Shown piece by piece: positions 19,727-30,187 of a stretch of 64,000 nt of DNA. This DNA comes from an uncultured Planctomycetaceae bacterium (lineage in GTDB: Bacteria > Planctomycetota > Planctomycetia > Isosphaerales > Isosphaeraceae). The notes below the pieces were generated by a model, which was given only the letters and a program-made list of their open reading frames with translations, had not been told where the DNA came from and ran no database searches. The position numbers and the translations under genes were made by a program. Every line of letters begins with the position of its first letter. Position 1 is the first letter of the stretch. The stretch spans positions 6,208,001 to 6,272,000 of the forward strand of contig CAWIAD010000002.1 in assembly GCA_963833985.1 (NCBI GenBank), read 5' to 3'.

Positions 19727-21337
19727 ATGAGCAGTGCGGTCCTGACCTCGAGAGCGAGCAGCCGCCCCGCCATCAGCCAGTGGCTGGTCGCCGTGGCCGT
19801 GGTCATCCCGACCTTCATGGAGGTGCTGGACACGACGATCGCCAATGTCTCGCTACGGTATATTGCCGGCGGCCTGTCGGCGACGAACGTGGACAGCGAG
19901 TGGGTGCTCACCAGCTACCTTGCGGCCAATGCCACGATCCTGCCCATCTCCGGCTGGCTGTCGGCCCATCTCGGACGCCGCCGCTACTTTCTGATGTCGA
20001 TCGCCATCTTCACCATCGCCTCGGGTCTTTGCGGCCTGGCGGGTAGCCTGTGGCAACTGATCCTCTTCCGGGTGATCCAGGGGCTTGCCGGAGGCGGTCT
20101 CCAGCCCTCCAGCCAGGGCGTTCTGCTCGACGCGTTCCCGGCCGAGAAACAGGGCGCCGCACAGACGATGTTCGGCGTGGCGGCCTTGCTGGCCCCGGTC
20201 GTCGGCCCCACACTGGGCGGCTATCTCACGGTCACCTACAACTGGCGCTGGATCTTCTACATCAACCTGCCGGTGGGTGCCATCGGCTTCGTGGCGTCTT
20301 ACCTGCTGGTCAAGGACCCGGAATACCTCGAGAAGGAGCGGGCAGCGCTGCGCCGCCGGCCGCTGAACTTCGACTACGTCGGCCTGGGACTGCTCGTCCT
20401 GATCATGTCGAGCTGGGAAGTGATGCTCAGCAAGGGACAGGAGTGGGACTGGTACAACGACCCGTTCTGGCGCGTGCAGACACTCTTTGTTCTGTTCGTC
20501 TTCGGGCTGGCAAGCTTGATCTTTTACGAGCTGCGGGTCGCGAACCCGGTGGTCGATTTCCGGCCGCTGGGCGAGCGGAACTTCGCGGCATGCTGCATCA
20601 TCATTTTCTGTGCCTACGGCGTGCTCTACGGCGCCAGCACTTCCTTGCCGGGCCTGCTCCAGTCGCTCTTTGGGTACGACGCGTACGTCTCCGGCCTGGT
20701 GCAATCGCCCTCAGGCATCTTTTCAATCATGGGGCTGGTGGTCGTGGGATCGCTCATCGGGCGCGGCATCGACGCGCGCTGGTTGATTGCCTGCGGCCTG
20801 CTGATCATGGCGGCCGGCAACTACTGGATGGCCATGATGAACATTGATATCAGTCCCTTTCAGGTGGTCTGGCCGAGGGTCGTGCTGATCGTCGGCCTGT
20901 CGATGATCTTCGTGTCCATCAACGTTGCCGCGTTCCGGTACACGCCCAGCCACCTGCGCGGGGCAGCGGTCGGACTGATGGCACTGCTTCGCAATGAGGG
21001 GGGAAGCGTCGGCACATCGATGGCCCAGACCATAGCGCAGCGGCGCGACCAGTTCCATACCGCGCGTGTCGGTGAGTTCCTCGATCCGTTCAATCCGAAC
21101 CTGAACGACTTCGCGGAGCGGGGCCGGGCGTACTTCTTCAACCAGACGGGCGACCCGGCCGGAGCCCAGCAGATGACGTGGCAGGCACTCGAAGATCTCC
21201 GCCAGCAGCAGGCCTCTGCACTCGCCTACTTCGACGATTTCTGGCTGTTCGCCGTCCTGGCCTTGCTGCTGCTCGGCCTGATACCGCTCATGAAGCGATC
21301 GGTGGCGGAGAAAGGTGAGCACATCGGGGCGGAGTAG
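19727..21337 (+). CDS. DHA2-family (EmrB/QacA) MFS efflux permease
   Basis: FMEVLDTTIANVSL, WVLTSYL, FRVIQGLAGGGLQP, APVVGPTLGG, WRWIFYINLPVG. Confidence 0.93.
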   Translation: MSSAVLTSRASSRPAISQWLVAVAVVIPTFMEVLDTTIANVSLRYIAGGLSATNVDSEWVLTSYLAANATILPISGWLSAHLGRRRYFLMSIAIFTIASGLCGLAGSLWQLILFRVIQGLAGGGLQPSSQGVLLDAFPAEKQGAAQTMFGVAALLAPVVGPTLGGYLTVTYNWRWIFYINLPVGAIGFVASYLLVKDPEYLEKERAALRRRPLNFDYVGLGLLVLIMSSWEVMLSKGQEWDWYNDPFWRVQTLFVLFVFGLASLIFYELRVANPVVDFRPLGERNFAACCIIIFCAYGVLYGASTSLPGLLQSLFGYDAYVSGLVQSPSGIFSIMGLVVVGSLIGRGIDARWLIACGLLIMAAGNYWMAMMNIDISPFQVVWPRVVLIVGLSMIFVSINVAAFRYTPSHLRGAAVGLMALLRNEGGSVGTSMAQTIAQRRDQFHTARVGEFLDPFNPNLNDFAERGRAYFFNQTGDPAGAQQMTWQALEDLRQQQASALAYFDDFWLFAVLALLLLGLIPLMKRSVAEKGEHIGAE

Positions 21338-21394
21338 TTTTGCGAGTGGAAAGAGTATCAAGCCGTCCGCACTCCGGCCAATTTCCGGGCTTGC

Positions 21395-22183
21395 TCAGCT
21401 CGCCTCGAGGACGGACCGCCAGCGCCTGGGTACGGAATCGAAGGCAATCTGGTAGGTTTCCTCGAGCGGTACGGGCACGTATTGGTCCACGTCAAGGTAG
21501 AGAGGCATGTCGATGAGCCTCTCGCCCACGCAGACCGGCTCGACATAAGCGCGCACGAGGGTTCCCGCCTCGTAGGCGGCCAGCGTGAGCGGCTTGTCCG
21601 CGGGGCGTTCGTAATCCTGGCCGGCAAACTCGTCCCAGATCGCGCCGTGGATGCCCTGCCGATCGCGTGCGGTCGGCGGCTGGAGATCGAGGATCAGGAG
21701 GTGGATCTGGTGGCTGAGGAACTCCGCGGCCTTGCGGACGAAATCTTCAAAAGCCTTGCGATCGGCCTTGTTGCCTCGCGACACGACCTCGACGATGGCC
21801 ACCAGTTCATCGCCGGAAAGGTGGCGCACAGCCACGACGTTCTGTTTACGACGATAGAACTCGTGGTCGGTCTCGGCCGTCACATGCACCTGCGGCCGCG
21901 CTGTGAGTAATCCTCCCCCAGCCGGGCCGTTTCCGTTGCCATGACTGGAATCTCGCCTCATCGCCGTTTGTGCCGGGCCATCCGCGGATGCACTGGTTTC
22001 ATCTCTGGTCCTGGTTCGTGTCAGGACATCCGGTACAAATCTGGCTCCTTGCTGCTCGGCGAGGGCATAGTAGTCGCTCGGAAGTATTCGCTGATTCAGC
22101 ACGTTGGCAATGGCACCGACCCACGCTTGACGGAAGTGATGAAAGATCCCCGCGTCGACTCGTGTCCAGTCGTGGATTGGCAT
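21395..22183 (-). CDS. DUF4058-family protein
   Basis: Typical start MPIHDWTRVDAGIFHHF, VAIVEVVSRGNK, KPLTLAAY, DMPLYL; GGAGG RBS. Confidence 0.82.
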   Translation of the reverse strand: MPIHDWTRVDAGIFHHFRQAWVGAIANVLNQRILPSDYYALAEQQGARFVPDVLTRTRTRDETSASADGPAQTAMRRDSSHGNGNGPAGGGLLTARPQVHVTAETDHEFYRRKQNVVAVRHLSGDELVAIVEVVSRGNKADRKAFEDFVRKAAEFLSHQIHLLILDLQPPTARDRQGIHGAIWDEFAGQDYERPADKPLTLAAYEAGTLVRAYVEPVCVGERLIDMPLYLDVDQYVPVPLEETYQIAFDSVPRRWRSVLEAS

Positions 22184-22315
22184 CGTCGTGCTCTGGCCTC
22201 CGCGTGAAGCTGCCATTCGATTTCGCCCTTCTATCATAGCGGCAGGCGGGTGGGCTCACCACGCACGCCGGTCAACGGCGAACCGGAAGTTCAGCAGAGG
22301 CGACCGATCAACGTC

Positions 22316-24361
22316 TTATCGCAATCCGGCCCCGATGGGCCGGCCGGCCGAGCCGGCGGGCCGGGTGTCCAGGTTCCGGCGGTTGTTCCGTTTCGTGCTC
22401 CTCGGCAGCCTGGGCAGTGGCGAGCGGATCGGTCCATCGTAAACGTACTCGATCTGACCATTGTCGTGGATGTTCAGCTCGACGCTCATGCCCGGCTTCA
22501 GGGACATGAATTCGTGGGCAGCCTCCGCGTTGTTCGTGAACACCTTGACCACGTAGCCGGCGGGTTCCTTGAAAAGGTATTCAAGTCCTGGGCCCTGTGG
22601 AAGGAGCTGATCGTTCACCGTGATGCGCAGCTCGGGATTCGTCCAGTGAAGGACGATGAGTCCCTTCGCCTTCCTGATACCCAGTAGGTCCGGGATCGGA
22701 GGCAGGTTCCAGGTTGACCAGGCCGCCCGCGCGATGAGAAGAAGACCGGCCAGGACCACGATCAGGACGCCCACGCGCTCGATCCACCCGCGGCGCCGCC
22801 TGGGTGGCTTGGCCGGGCCGACGTCGTCCAGGAGAGCAATCCGCGGAGCGGCCGTTGCCGTCAGTTCCGAATTCGGGTTCGTGCCGCGCTGGCGCCGCGC
22901 CAGGTGCCTGCCGAGCACATCGACGACTTCCGCCGCCGTCTGATAGCGATCATTCGGGTCCTTCTCCAGCAGCCGGTCAATGATCCGCGACAGCCATTCG
23001 GGCACCTCGGGGTTGATCTCGCGGATCGGCCGGTGGGTGTCGTCGCAAACCCGTTTCAGTACGCCGAGCGTGGTCGAGGCCCGGAACGGCGAACGGCCGG
23101 TGCACATGGCATAGAGCACCGCGCCCAGGCTGAAGAGATCGGCGCGGTGGCCGATCGTCTCGCAGCGTGCCTGTTCGGGCGCCATGAACAGAGGAGTGCC
23201 GGCGACCACGCCGCTTTGCGTCAGGCTGGCGTCGTCGACGGCGCGTGCCAGGCCGAAGTCGCTGATCTTTACCCGCTCCACGCAGTTTTCCAGCAGGATG
23301 TTGGCGGGCTTGATATCGCGGTGAACCAGGCCCTGGGCGTGCGCCGCGGCCAGGCCCGTGGCGGTCTGCATGCCGATGCGCAAGATGGAGTTCAGGTCCA
23401 GCGGCGCGGAGCGCTCGATGCGCGCCTGGAGCGAGATGCCCGGGATGAATTCCATCACCAGGTAGGGCAGGCCCTTCCACTCGTCCACGGAGTGAATCGC
23501 CACGACGTGCTCGTTGCGGATGGCGGCCGCGGCACGGGCCTCGCGAGCGAACCGCTGCCGCGCCGGGCCGCTGGCGGCGAGCTGGGGCGCCAGGATCTTG
23601 ATCGCGACGGCCCGGTGCAGGGAGGGATCGAAGGCCTTCAAGACGATGCCCATGCCCCCCTGCCCCAGCAGTTCCAGCACATGATAGGGTCCCAGCTTGC
23701 CAAGCTCACCCGGCGTGTCGGAGGGATCAAGGAAGCTGAGCTCGATGGCGGAAACGGTCGCGCCGGGTCCGGCTGGCTCAGCCTCCGGCTCCGGCTCGAT
23801 CTCGTCCTTGAGCGCGCCCATGACGCGCTTCAGTCCCGGGGATTCGCCGGTTCGACCCTGCCGCAGGTTCCTCATTTCTTCGGGCCACGCGTCATCGCCC
23901 GCAGCCAGCGTATCGAGCTTCGACTGGCAAGCATGACAGCGCTCCAGGTGCTTTTCCAGGCTCTGTCTTTCGCGCTCGGAGATCGAGCCGTCGAGCAATT
24001 GCTCGAGCCGGGCGGGGTCCGGGCAGGCGGCCGGCCGCGGCTTCGGCTGGGGATCGAATCCCCAGCAGAGTGCATAGTAGATGGCCCCGCACGCAGAGCA
24101 CGTCTCGACATGATGATCGACAAGCTCGGCGGCGTGAGGACTGAGAGACCCGTCCAGGTATCCCCGCAGCACCGCCATGTCGGGGCAGCCGATCTCCCGC
24201 GGGTTGCCGTTGGCGTCATGGGTCAGCGCCTCGAGCCTTTCCTGACAGGACCCGCAACAAGAGACGTGGTACTCGACGACCTGCCGACGATGCTCGGAGA
24301 TCGAGCCATCGAGCAATTGCAGGAGCAGCTTCTCTCTGGGGCACGCGTGCTTTCGTCTCAT
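22316..24361 (-). CDS. Membrane Ser/Thr protein kinase with three N-terminal anti-sigma-like zinc fingers
   Basis: GQGGMGIV, VAIK, HRDIKPANIL, DFGLA, GTPLFMAPE; three HxxxCxxC motifs; C-terminal TM helix. Confidence 0.93.
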   Translation of the reverse strand: MRRKHACPREKLLLQLLDGSISEHRRQVVEYHVSCCGSCQERLEALTHDANGNPREIGCPDMAVLRGYLDGSLSPHAAELVDHHVETCSACGAIYYALCWGFDPQPKPRPAACPDPARLEQLLDGSISERERQSLEKHLERCHACQSKLDTLAAGDDAWPEEMRNLRQGRTGESPGLKRVMGALKDEIEPEPEAEPAGPGATVSAIELSFLDPSDTPGELGKLGPYHVLELLGQGGMGIVLKAFDPSLHRAVAIKILAPQLAASGPARQRFAREARAAAAIRNEHVVAIHSVDEWKGLPYLVMEFIPGISLQARIERSAPLDLNSILRIGMQTATGLAAAHAQGLVHRDIKPANILLENCVERVKISDFGLARAVDDASLTQSGVVAGTPLFMAPEQARCETIGHRADLFSLGAVLYAMCTGRSPFRASTTLGVLKRVCDDTHRPIREINPEVPEWLSRIIDRLLEKDPNDRYQTAAEVVDVLGRHLARRQRGTNPNSELTATAAPRIALLDDVGPAKPPRRRRGWIERVGVLIVVLAGLLLIARAAWSTWNLPPIPDLLGIRKAKGLIVLHWTNPELRITVNDQLLPQGPGLEYLFKEPAGYVVKVFTNNAEAAHEFMSLKPGMSVELNIHDNGQIEYVYDGPIRSPLPRLPRSTKRNNRRNLDTRPAGSAGRPIGAGLR

Positions 24362-24379
24362 TGCGGTACACTCCGGCAA

Positions 24380-24971
24380 TCAGTCATCCAGCAACTGGCG
24401 GACCTGTTCTTTGATCTGGCCGAGCACCCGGCTCCTGGCGATGTACACGGCCCCCACGGACATCTTCAGACTGGCCGCGACGACCTTGGCCGGCGCGCCC
24501 TCCACGGCTGTTCGCCAGAAAGCCTGCCAGGTTGCTTCCTCGAAGCTGTTGCGAACCTGCTCGGCAGCGTAAGAAAGCACGCGCCTCTGGTAGTCCCGAT
24601 CCCAGGCGGCAGACTCGTCGTCATGGGCCGGTCGGGCCTCAAGCCAGGCGGCCACTGACGCATCACCGGTGGCCTGCGGCAGCCGCTTGCGGGCCTCGAA
24701 ATAGCTGTTCAGTGCATTCCGCGTCACGGTGTAGAGCCAGCCCCGAAACGTTCCCCTGGCGGGATCGTAATCAAGCCGTCCGACCGCGCCGGCAACCGAG
24801 CGCAAGACTTCCTGGGTCAGGTCGGCCGCGTCGCAATCCTGAAGCCCGCGGCGCCGCGGTTTCATACACCAGGGGCGCATAGATCTCCACGAACTGGCCC
24901 CAGGCCTGCCGATCACGGTGATCCTTGATGCGGACCAGCAAGCTCGGTCTTGTGGCGTCGGACGGGTTCAT
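24380..24971 (-). CDS. ECF sigma-70 factor (kinase-associated planctomycete type), apparent frameshift ~24860
   Basis: TRPSLLVRI...AWGQFVEIYAPLVY joins RRRGLQDCDAADLTQEV...GTFRGWL...VGAVYIARSRVL if a GC dinucleotide is restored. Confidence 0.85.
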
Positions 24972-25178
24972 TGCTGTTGCATCCCCTGACAGTTCTTACC
25001 GGCGCCAGAGCAGGACCTTTCACGATTTTCCCGGCCTATCGAGATTCGCTTTCTTTCCCGTCACCGTCGCCCGCTCCGGAGGCTGGGGTAGCCGCGACTT
25101 CACGAAAGCGTATCCTGGCGTGGGCCGTGAGGCGAGTTCACGCAGACGACAGGTCGCAAAACTTCAAAGGAGACAGGG

Positions 25179-25643
25179 ATGCCCGACCGGCGGTCGCTCG
25201 ATTTTCAGAGCATGGAGCAGATCTTGCCTGAGGTGGAGTGCTTGCTCCAGGGACATCAGACGACCGGTCAATGGACGCTCGCGCAGATTCTCTATCATCT
25301 GGCAACCGCGATCCGGCTGTCGAGTTCAGGACATTTCCGGAGACCGGCCGGCCCCGGTGTCGCGGCTCTCAAGCAGCGCTTCTTCAGCACCCGGAAGTTC
25401 CGTGACGGAGCCCCCGTTCCGGTGCCGGCCCTGATGCCGCCAGCCGATGCCGAGCTCGAGCACCAGGCCGAGGCATTGCGCACCGCGATTGCGGGGTTCC
25501 GGGACGCCGACGGCCCGTTTCCCGATCATCCGATCCTCGGCGCTCTCACCCGGGACGACTGGTGCACGTTTCATTGCATCCACGCGGCGCATCACCTGAG
25601 TTACGCCATGCCTTCCCCGGAGACGGCGGAGCGACAGGTCTGA
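25179..25643 (+). CDS. DUF1569 (DinB-like) protein
   Basis: GQWTLAQILYHL...HPILGALTRDDW...HAAHHLS. Confidence 0.8.
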   Translation: MPDRRSLDFQSMEQILPEVECLLQGHQTTGQWTLAQILYHLATAIRLSSSGHFRRPAGPGVAALKQRFFSTRKFRDGAPVPVPALMPPADAELEHQAEALRTAIAGFRDADGPFPDHPILGALTRDDWCTFHCIHAAHHLSYAMPSPETAERQV

Positions 25644-25721
25644 CGGTCTGCTGGCGGGCACGGAGGGCGCGGGGGGCGGCGGGAACCGGGCCGAGGCTCT
25701 GCATTGCAGCCGCCCGATCGA

Positions 25722-25955
25722 TCACCAGCCCAGGCTGGGCCGCAGGCCGATGAGATACTGCACCACCAGCAGGATGATGACATAGCCTGTCACGCGCAGC
25801 ACCATCTGGGAGAGATTGCCGATGATTCGCGCGTAGTCGCGGCAGGTCTGCAAGGCGGCGACGCCACTTCGCAGTGCGATGATCGACCCCACTGCCAGCA
25901 GCGCGAGGATCGGGCCGAACACCAAGAATCCCTGGAACACCCTGGCCGGACTCAT
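25722..25955 (-). CDS. Small two-TM membrane protein (77 aa)
   Basis: MSPARVFQGFLVFGPILALLAVGSIIAL...VTGYVIILLVVQYLIGL, two hydrophobic segments. Confidence 0.6.
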   Translation of the reverse strand: MSPARVFQGFLVFGPILALLAVGSIIALRSGVAALQTCRDYARIIGNLSQMVLRVTGYVIILLVVQYLIGLRPSLGW

Positions 25956-26175
25956 CTTGGGTCGGACCCCCGAACCTGGAACCTGAAGGCTCAGGCCTGT
26001 GCCTGGGCACCACGCGGGCCGTACGGATTCCGCCGCCGTTCGGTCGGCTGCACTCACGCCCTGCCCGGATTAAAGACTAGATGCCAGAAGCCGTCGAGGG
26101 GAAAAAAGAGTCAAGTATTGAACGTGCGAAGAGTCTTTGATTCCCAATTGTACGGGCCGGGCAAGGCAGGGCCCA

Positions 26176-27016
26176 TCAGCCGGTACCCTCAGCGCTCGGG
26201 ACGTGCGCGAGAATGTCCTCCTCGGGCAACGCAAAGAGTCGACGAGCGTTCATCGTGGTCTGGCTGGCAAGCTGGGCCGGTGAAAGCCCGATGGCGCCGG
26301 CCAGCAACTCGACGGTCCAGGCAAGATGAGCGGGTTGGTTGGGCCGCCCTCGCACCGGCTGGGGGCTGAGGTAAGGACTGTCGGTTTCGACGAGCAGCCG
26401 GTCCAGCGGAACGGTCCCCGCGACCGCGCAACGCGTCCAGTGATTTATTGGAGAACGTCACCATACCGGCAAATGAGATGTGCAATCCCAGTGCCAAGAA
26501 CTCGGCCGCATGATCGGCGGTACCGGTGAAGGAGTGCAGGACTCCGCGTATGGGCCGTCCCTGGTGCCGGAGCTGCCCGATCAGGTCGGCCTCGCAACCA
26601 CGGCAGTGGATCACGACCGGAAGTGCGCGCTCGTGGGCCAGGGCCAGGTGGCGATCGAACCAGTCCTGCTGGTCGGTGAAGGGCGTGTGATCCCAGTAAC
26701 GGTCCAGGCCGGTCTCGCCGAGGGCGACCACGTGGGGCTGCTGCGCCAGCTCGCGTATGCGGTCCCAGTCGCCGGCCTGCGCCTCGGAGACGTGATTGGG
26801 TTGTACCCCCACGGCCGCGAAGACTCCCGGGTGCCGCGCAGCGATCTGGAGCACGGTGGCACTGTCGGCGGCCGTGGTGCCGATGGCCACGATCTGGACC
26901 ACGCCGGCAGCCACGGCGCGCTGGATGACACCCGGCAGATCGTGCTGTAGCCTATGGTCCTCCAGGTGTGCGTGGGTGTCCACCAGCGGACTGTGGCAGG
27001 GAACCCGAGGCGTCAT
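26176..27016 (-). CDS. tatD: TatD-family hydrolase, apparent frameshift ~26425
   Basis: DTHAHL, ALGETGLD, VIHCR, GVLHSF, then in the other frame VPLDRLLVETDSPYLSP...NARRLF, stop at 26176. Confidence 0.88.
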
Positions 27017-27558
27017 CCCTGGATCTCTGGTTTGCCCGGCCCGGACGCCGGGACCCGTTCGGCCGCGGCCGGACCATCACCGGCATGGCGGACCGCCGGC
27101 ATGCTCTCCCCATCGTGGTAGCCCAGCAGCTCCAGCCGGTAGCCCGTGATGTGGAAGCCTTGCCGCTCGAGTTCGGCCTCGAGCCGGGGATCAAGCTTGG
27201 AGACCAGCGCGGGATCGAACTGGGTGGGAAGGTCGTAAACCTCGCCTGTACGCAGGCAGCGAAAGTGGTAATGCTGCTCGCTGCGAGCGTCGTACCGGGC
27301 CGAGCCTGTCCCGTCGGTTCCGGTCAACCGCGTTGCCGCTCCGATGGCGACGAGGGCTTCCAGCGCCTTGTAGACCGTCGCCAGGCTGATCCTGGGAAGG
27401 GTTCGCCGCACCGCATGGAAAACGTCTTCGGCTGTGGGGTGGGAGAGCTCCTGACTGAGCTGGTCGTAGACCGCGAGCCGTTGCGTGGTGCAACGCAGCC
27501 CTGCCGACTCGAGAGCCGTGCGGACGGCGTCGTGATGGAGCAGGGCGGGATTCGACAC
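27013..27558 (-). CDS. Fur/PerR-family transcriptional regulator
   Basis: GLRCTTQRLAV, HPTAEDVF, ISLATVYKALE, RYD...HYHFRC; CxxC sites degenerate; overlaps the tatD start by 4 nt. Confidence 0.88.
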   Translation of the reverse strand: MSNPALLHHDAVRTALESAGLRCTTQRLAVYDQLSQELSHPTAEDVFHAVRRTLPRISLATVYKALEALVAIGAATRLTGTDGTGSARYDARSEQHYHFRCLRTGEVYDLPTQFDPALVSKLDPRLEAELERQGFHITGYRLELLGYHDGESMPAVRHAGDGPAAAERVPASGPGKPEIQG

Positions 27559-27840
27559 GCCGGCGCGATCCTTTCCTGGGAACCCGGCGACCACAGCTTG
27601 CTGCGCGTGCCCGGCGGCAGCCAGAGCACAATGGCGGGGTCGGACCTCGTATCTGATCAGGGCTGTTCGGTCTTCCCAGTCATGCGCCTCATCCAGCCCG
27701 CGGCCCGGCCCAGCCCCGCAAGCGAGGTTTGCCCCCGCTCCCGGGCCCGGAGCAGGCCACAACGACCTCGCTTCCCATCAAGAAGAGGGTCCGCGCGGAG
27801 TTGCGGGCCACGCAACGGAAGAGGAAACGGCCTTGCTTCT

Positions 27841-27882
27841 ATTGTTCGGACGCTTGACAGCCCTGTCAACTCCCTATAAATT
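27841..27882. promoter_or_regulatory. Putative overlapping divergent sigma70 promoters around palindrome TTGACAG-CC-CTGTCAA
   Basis: Plus strand TTGACA(27854)-17 nt-TAAATT toward nusA; minus strand TTGACA(27869)-17 nt-AACAAT toward fur. Confidence 0.6.
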
Positions 27883-28160
27883 ATGACATTAGCTGGGATT
27901 GTCGGACACTCTTTCGTGGTTCCGGCTGGAGGGGCTTGGCTCTCTCTTCGGGCCTGGTCGGGCCGTGCGGCCGATCTCGCCGGGGAGGTTCCAGGGAGGC
28001 GTTGCTCTGCTCGATGGCATCGCGGCAAGTAGACCGAGCCCCGCCTGCTCGACCGGGCGCGGCTCGGCGTCGTTTCAGGACGTATCGAATCCGTCTGGCC
28101 GCGATTGCTCCTGCGGGTTGATCATCGAGTAAGCCATCGAGTACGCCTCGGAGGGATGGG

Positions 28161-29912
28161 ATGAGCGTTGACCTGGTCCGGATCGTGGACAGCATTCACC
28201 GGGACAAGAACATCCCCAAGGAGATCTTGTTCGACGGCATCCAGTCGGCGCTCACGACCGCGGCTCGCAAGCACTATCCCGACGCTGGCGACATCGAGGT
28301 CCACATCGACCGCGACACCGGTGCCATCGCCGCCACCAAGGATGGCGTGAAGATGGACCCCGCGGAGCTGGGACGGATCTCGGCCCAGACGGCCAAGCAG
28401 GTGATCATCCAGAAGATCCGCGAAGCGGAGCGCGATAGCCTCTTCGACGAATTCGAGGAGCAGCGTGCCGACCTGGTCACCGGCACCGTGCAACGCTTTG
28501 AAGGGGGAGCGGTCATTGTCAATCTGGGCAAGACCGACGGCATCCTGCCGCGGGGTGAGCAGATCCCCGGCGAGAGCTACCACCCCAACGAGCGCATCCG
28601 TGCCATCATTCTTGATGTCCGCAAGGTCGGCCAGCGGGTGAAGATCATCCTCAGCCGCACGCATCCGGACTTCGTGCGCCGGCTGTTCGAGCTGGAGATC
28701 CCCGAGATCGCCGACCAGATCATCGCGATCCGGGCGCTGGCACGCGAGGCCGGCTATCGCTCCAAGGTCGCGGTCACGTCGATCGATACCAAGATTGACG
28801 CCGTGGGTGCCTGCGTCGGCGTGCGCGGCACGCGTATCAAGAATATCGTCGACGAGCTGGGCGGCGAGCGCATCGATATCGTTCGCTGGAACGAGTCGCT
28901 CCTGGTGCTCATCCCCAACGCGCTGCAACCCGCCGAGATTGACGAGGTGATGCTCTGCCACATGCTCGGCCGCGCCATCGTGCTGGTGCGCGACGATCAG
29001 CTCTCGCTGGCCATCGGCCGGCGCGGCCAGAACGTCCGGCTGGCCTCCAAGCTGGTCGGTTGGGACATCGAGATCATGACCGCCGAAGAGCTGGACGAGG
29101 TCATCGACAAGGCGGTCAAGGCCTTCGAGAAGATCGAAGGGGTCGAGACCGAGCTGGCCGAGCGGCTCGTCGAGCAGGGAATCCTCAGCTATGACGACCT
29201 GTCGGTCATGGAAATCACGGACCTGGTGAACACGATCGAAGGATTGACCGAGGAGCAAGCAACGGAAATTGTGACCAGAGCGGAAGTTCTGGCGGAAGAG
29301 CTGGCCGAGGAGCTGCCTCGGCGGAAGGGTGGCCGGGCCGCCGCGGCGCTCCTGGAGGGATCTTCGCGGAGCGACGGCGATGGAGCGGCCGGCGGCAGCG
29401 ACCAGCCAGCCGACGAGGAACCGCGCCCGACCGATGGGGAAGACGACGGCGGAGCTGCCCCGGACGGATCCGAAGAACGCCTTCCCGCAGACGACGAGAG
29501 TACCACGGAGGCCATCCTCGGCGATTCAGCCGGCATCCACCGTTCGGCCTTGCCTTCCGAACAGGACGATGCGGCCGGGGACGACTTGGCGACCGACGAG
29601 AATACCGATTCGGAGGGAGACGAGGCGAGCGACGACGAGATCCACGACCTGGCCCTGGCGGCGGAGACCTCCGGGTTCTCGCCCCATGGCCACGAGGTAA
29701 CTTCGCAGCCCGGCGACGACGATCAGGGAGCGGCCATTCGCATCGTGACCGATGCTGTCGAGCTGGGCGAGACCTCGAGTTCGTACACTCCGGCTGCTCC
29801 GCCTACCGCCGAGCCAGCCGGGCAGGTCCGACCGGGCCCGTCCGCAGAGGCGGACGGAGCAGAAACACGTGGATCTCAGGAACCAGAGCCGCAAGCCGGC
29901 AATCCGTCGTAG
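28161..29912 (+). CDS. nusA: Transcription termination/antitermination factor NusA with long acidic C-terminal tail
   Basis: [22 protein letters not shown]1 domain, [37 protein letters not shown]. Confidence 0.96.
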   Translation: MSVDLVRIVDSIHRDKNIPKEILFDGIQSALTTAARKHYPDAGDIEVHIDRDTGAIAATKDGVKMDPAELGRISAQTAKQVIIQKIREAERDSLFDEFEEQRADLVTGTVQRFEGGAVIVNLGKTDGILPRGEQIPGESYHPNERIRAIILDVRKVGQRVKIILSRTHPDFVRRLFELEIPEIADQIIAIRALAREAGYRSKVAVTSIDTKIDAVGACVGVRGTRIKNIVDELGGERIDIVRWNESLLVLIPNALQPAEIDEVMLCHMLGRAIVLVRDDQLSLAIGRRGQNVRLASKLVGWDIEIMTAEELDEVIDKAVKAFEKIEGVETELAERLVEQGILSYDDLSVMEITDLVNTIEGLTEEQATEIVTRAEVLAEELAEELPRRKGGRAAAALLEGSSRSDGDGAAGGSDQPADEEPRPTDGEDDGGAAPDGSEERLPADDESTTEAILGDSAGIHRSALPSEQDDAAGDDLATDENTDSEGDEASDDEIHDLALAAETSGFSPHGHEVTSQPGDDDQGAAIRIVTDAVELGETSSSYTPAAPPTAEPAGQVRPGPSAEADGAETRGSQEPEPQAGNPS

Positions 29913-30187
29913 CCCGAGCGTGCCGTACGCCCCCCCAGGGCGCTGCCCCGCGGCAGCCGGCACGCGAAACAGCGCCCCTGAGGAGTTCCGGGAAACGGAA
30001 TACGGAATCTTGATCCGAGCCAGCTTCCCTGTTCTCCGCTCCGGACACACTGGAATCAAGCCGGCTTCATGCCGCGTACGTCCCTGCAAACCCGACGCGC
30101 GAGCGTGAAAGACCCAAAAATTCTCAACTTATGATCGGGTTGCGGAAGTCCGCGGCCAGCCGGAGATCGCTCCGGGAGGAGTTGCCT

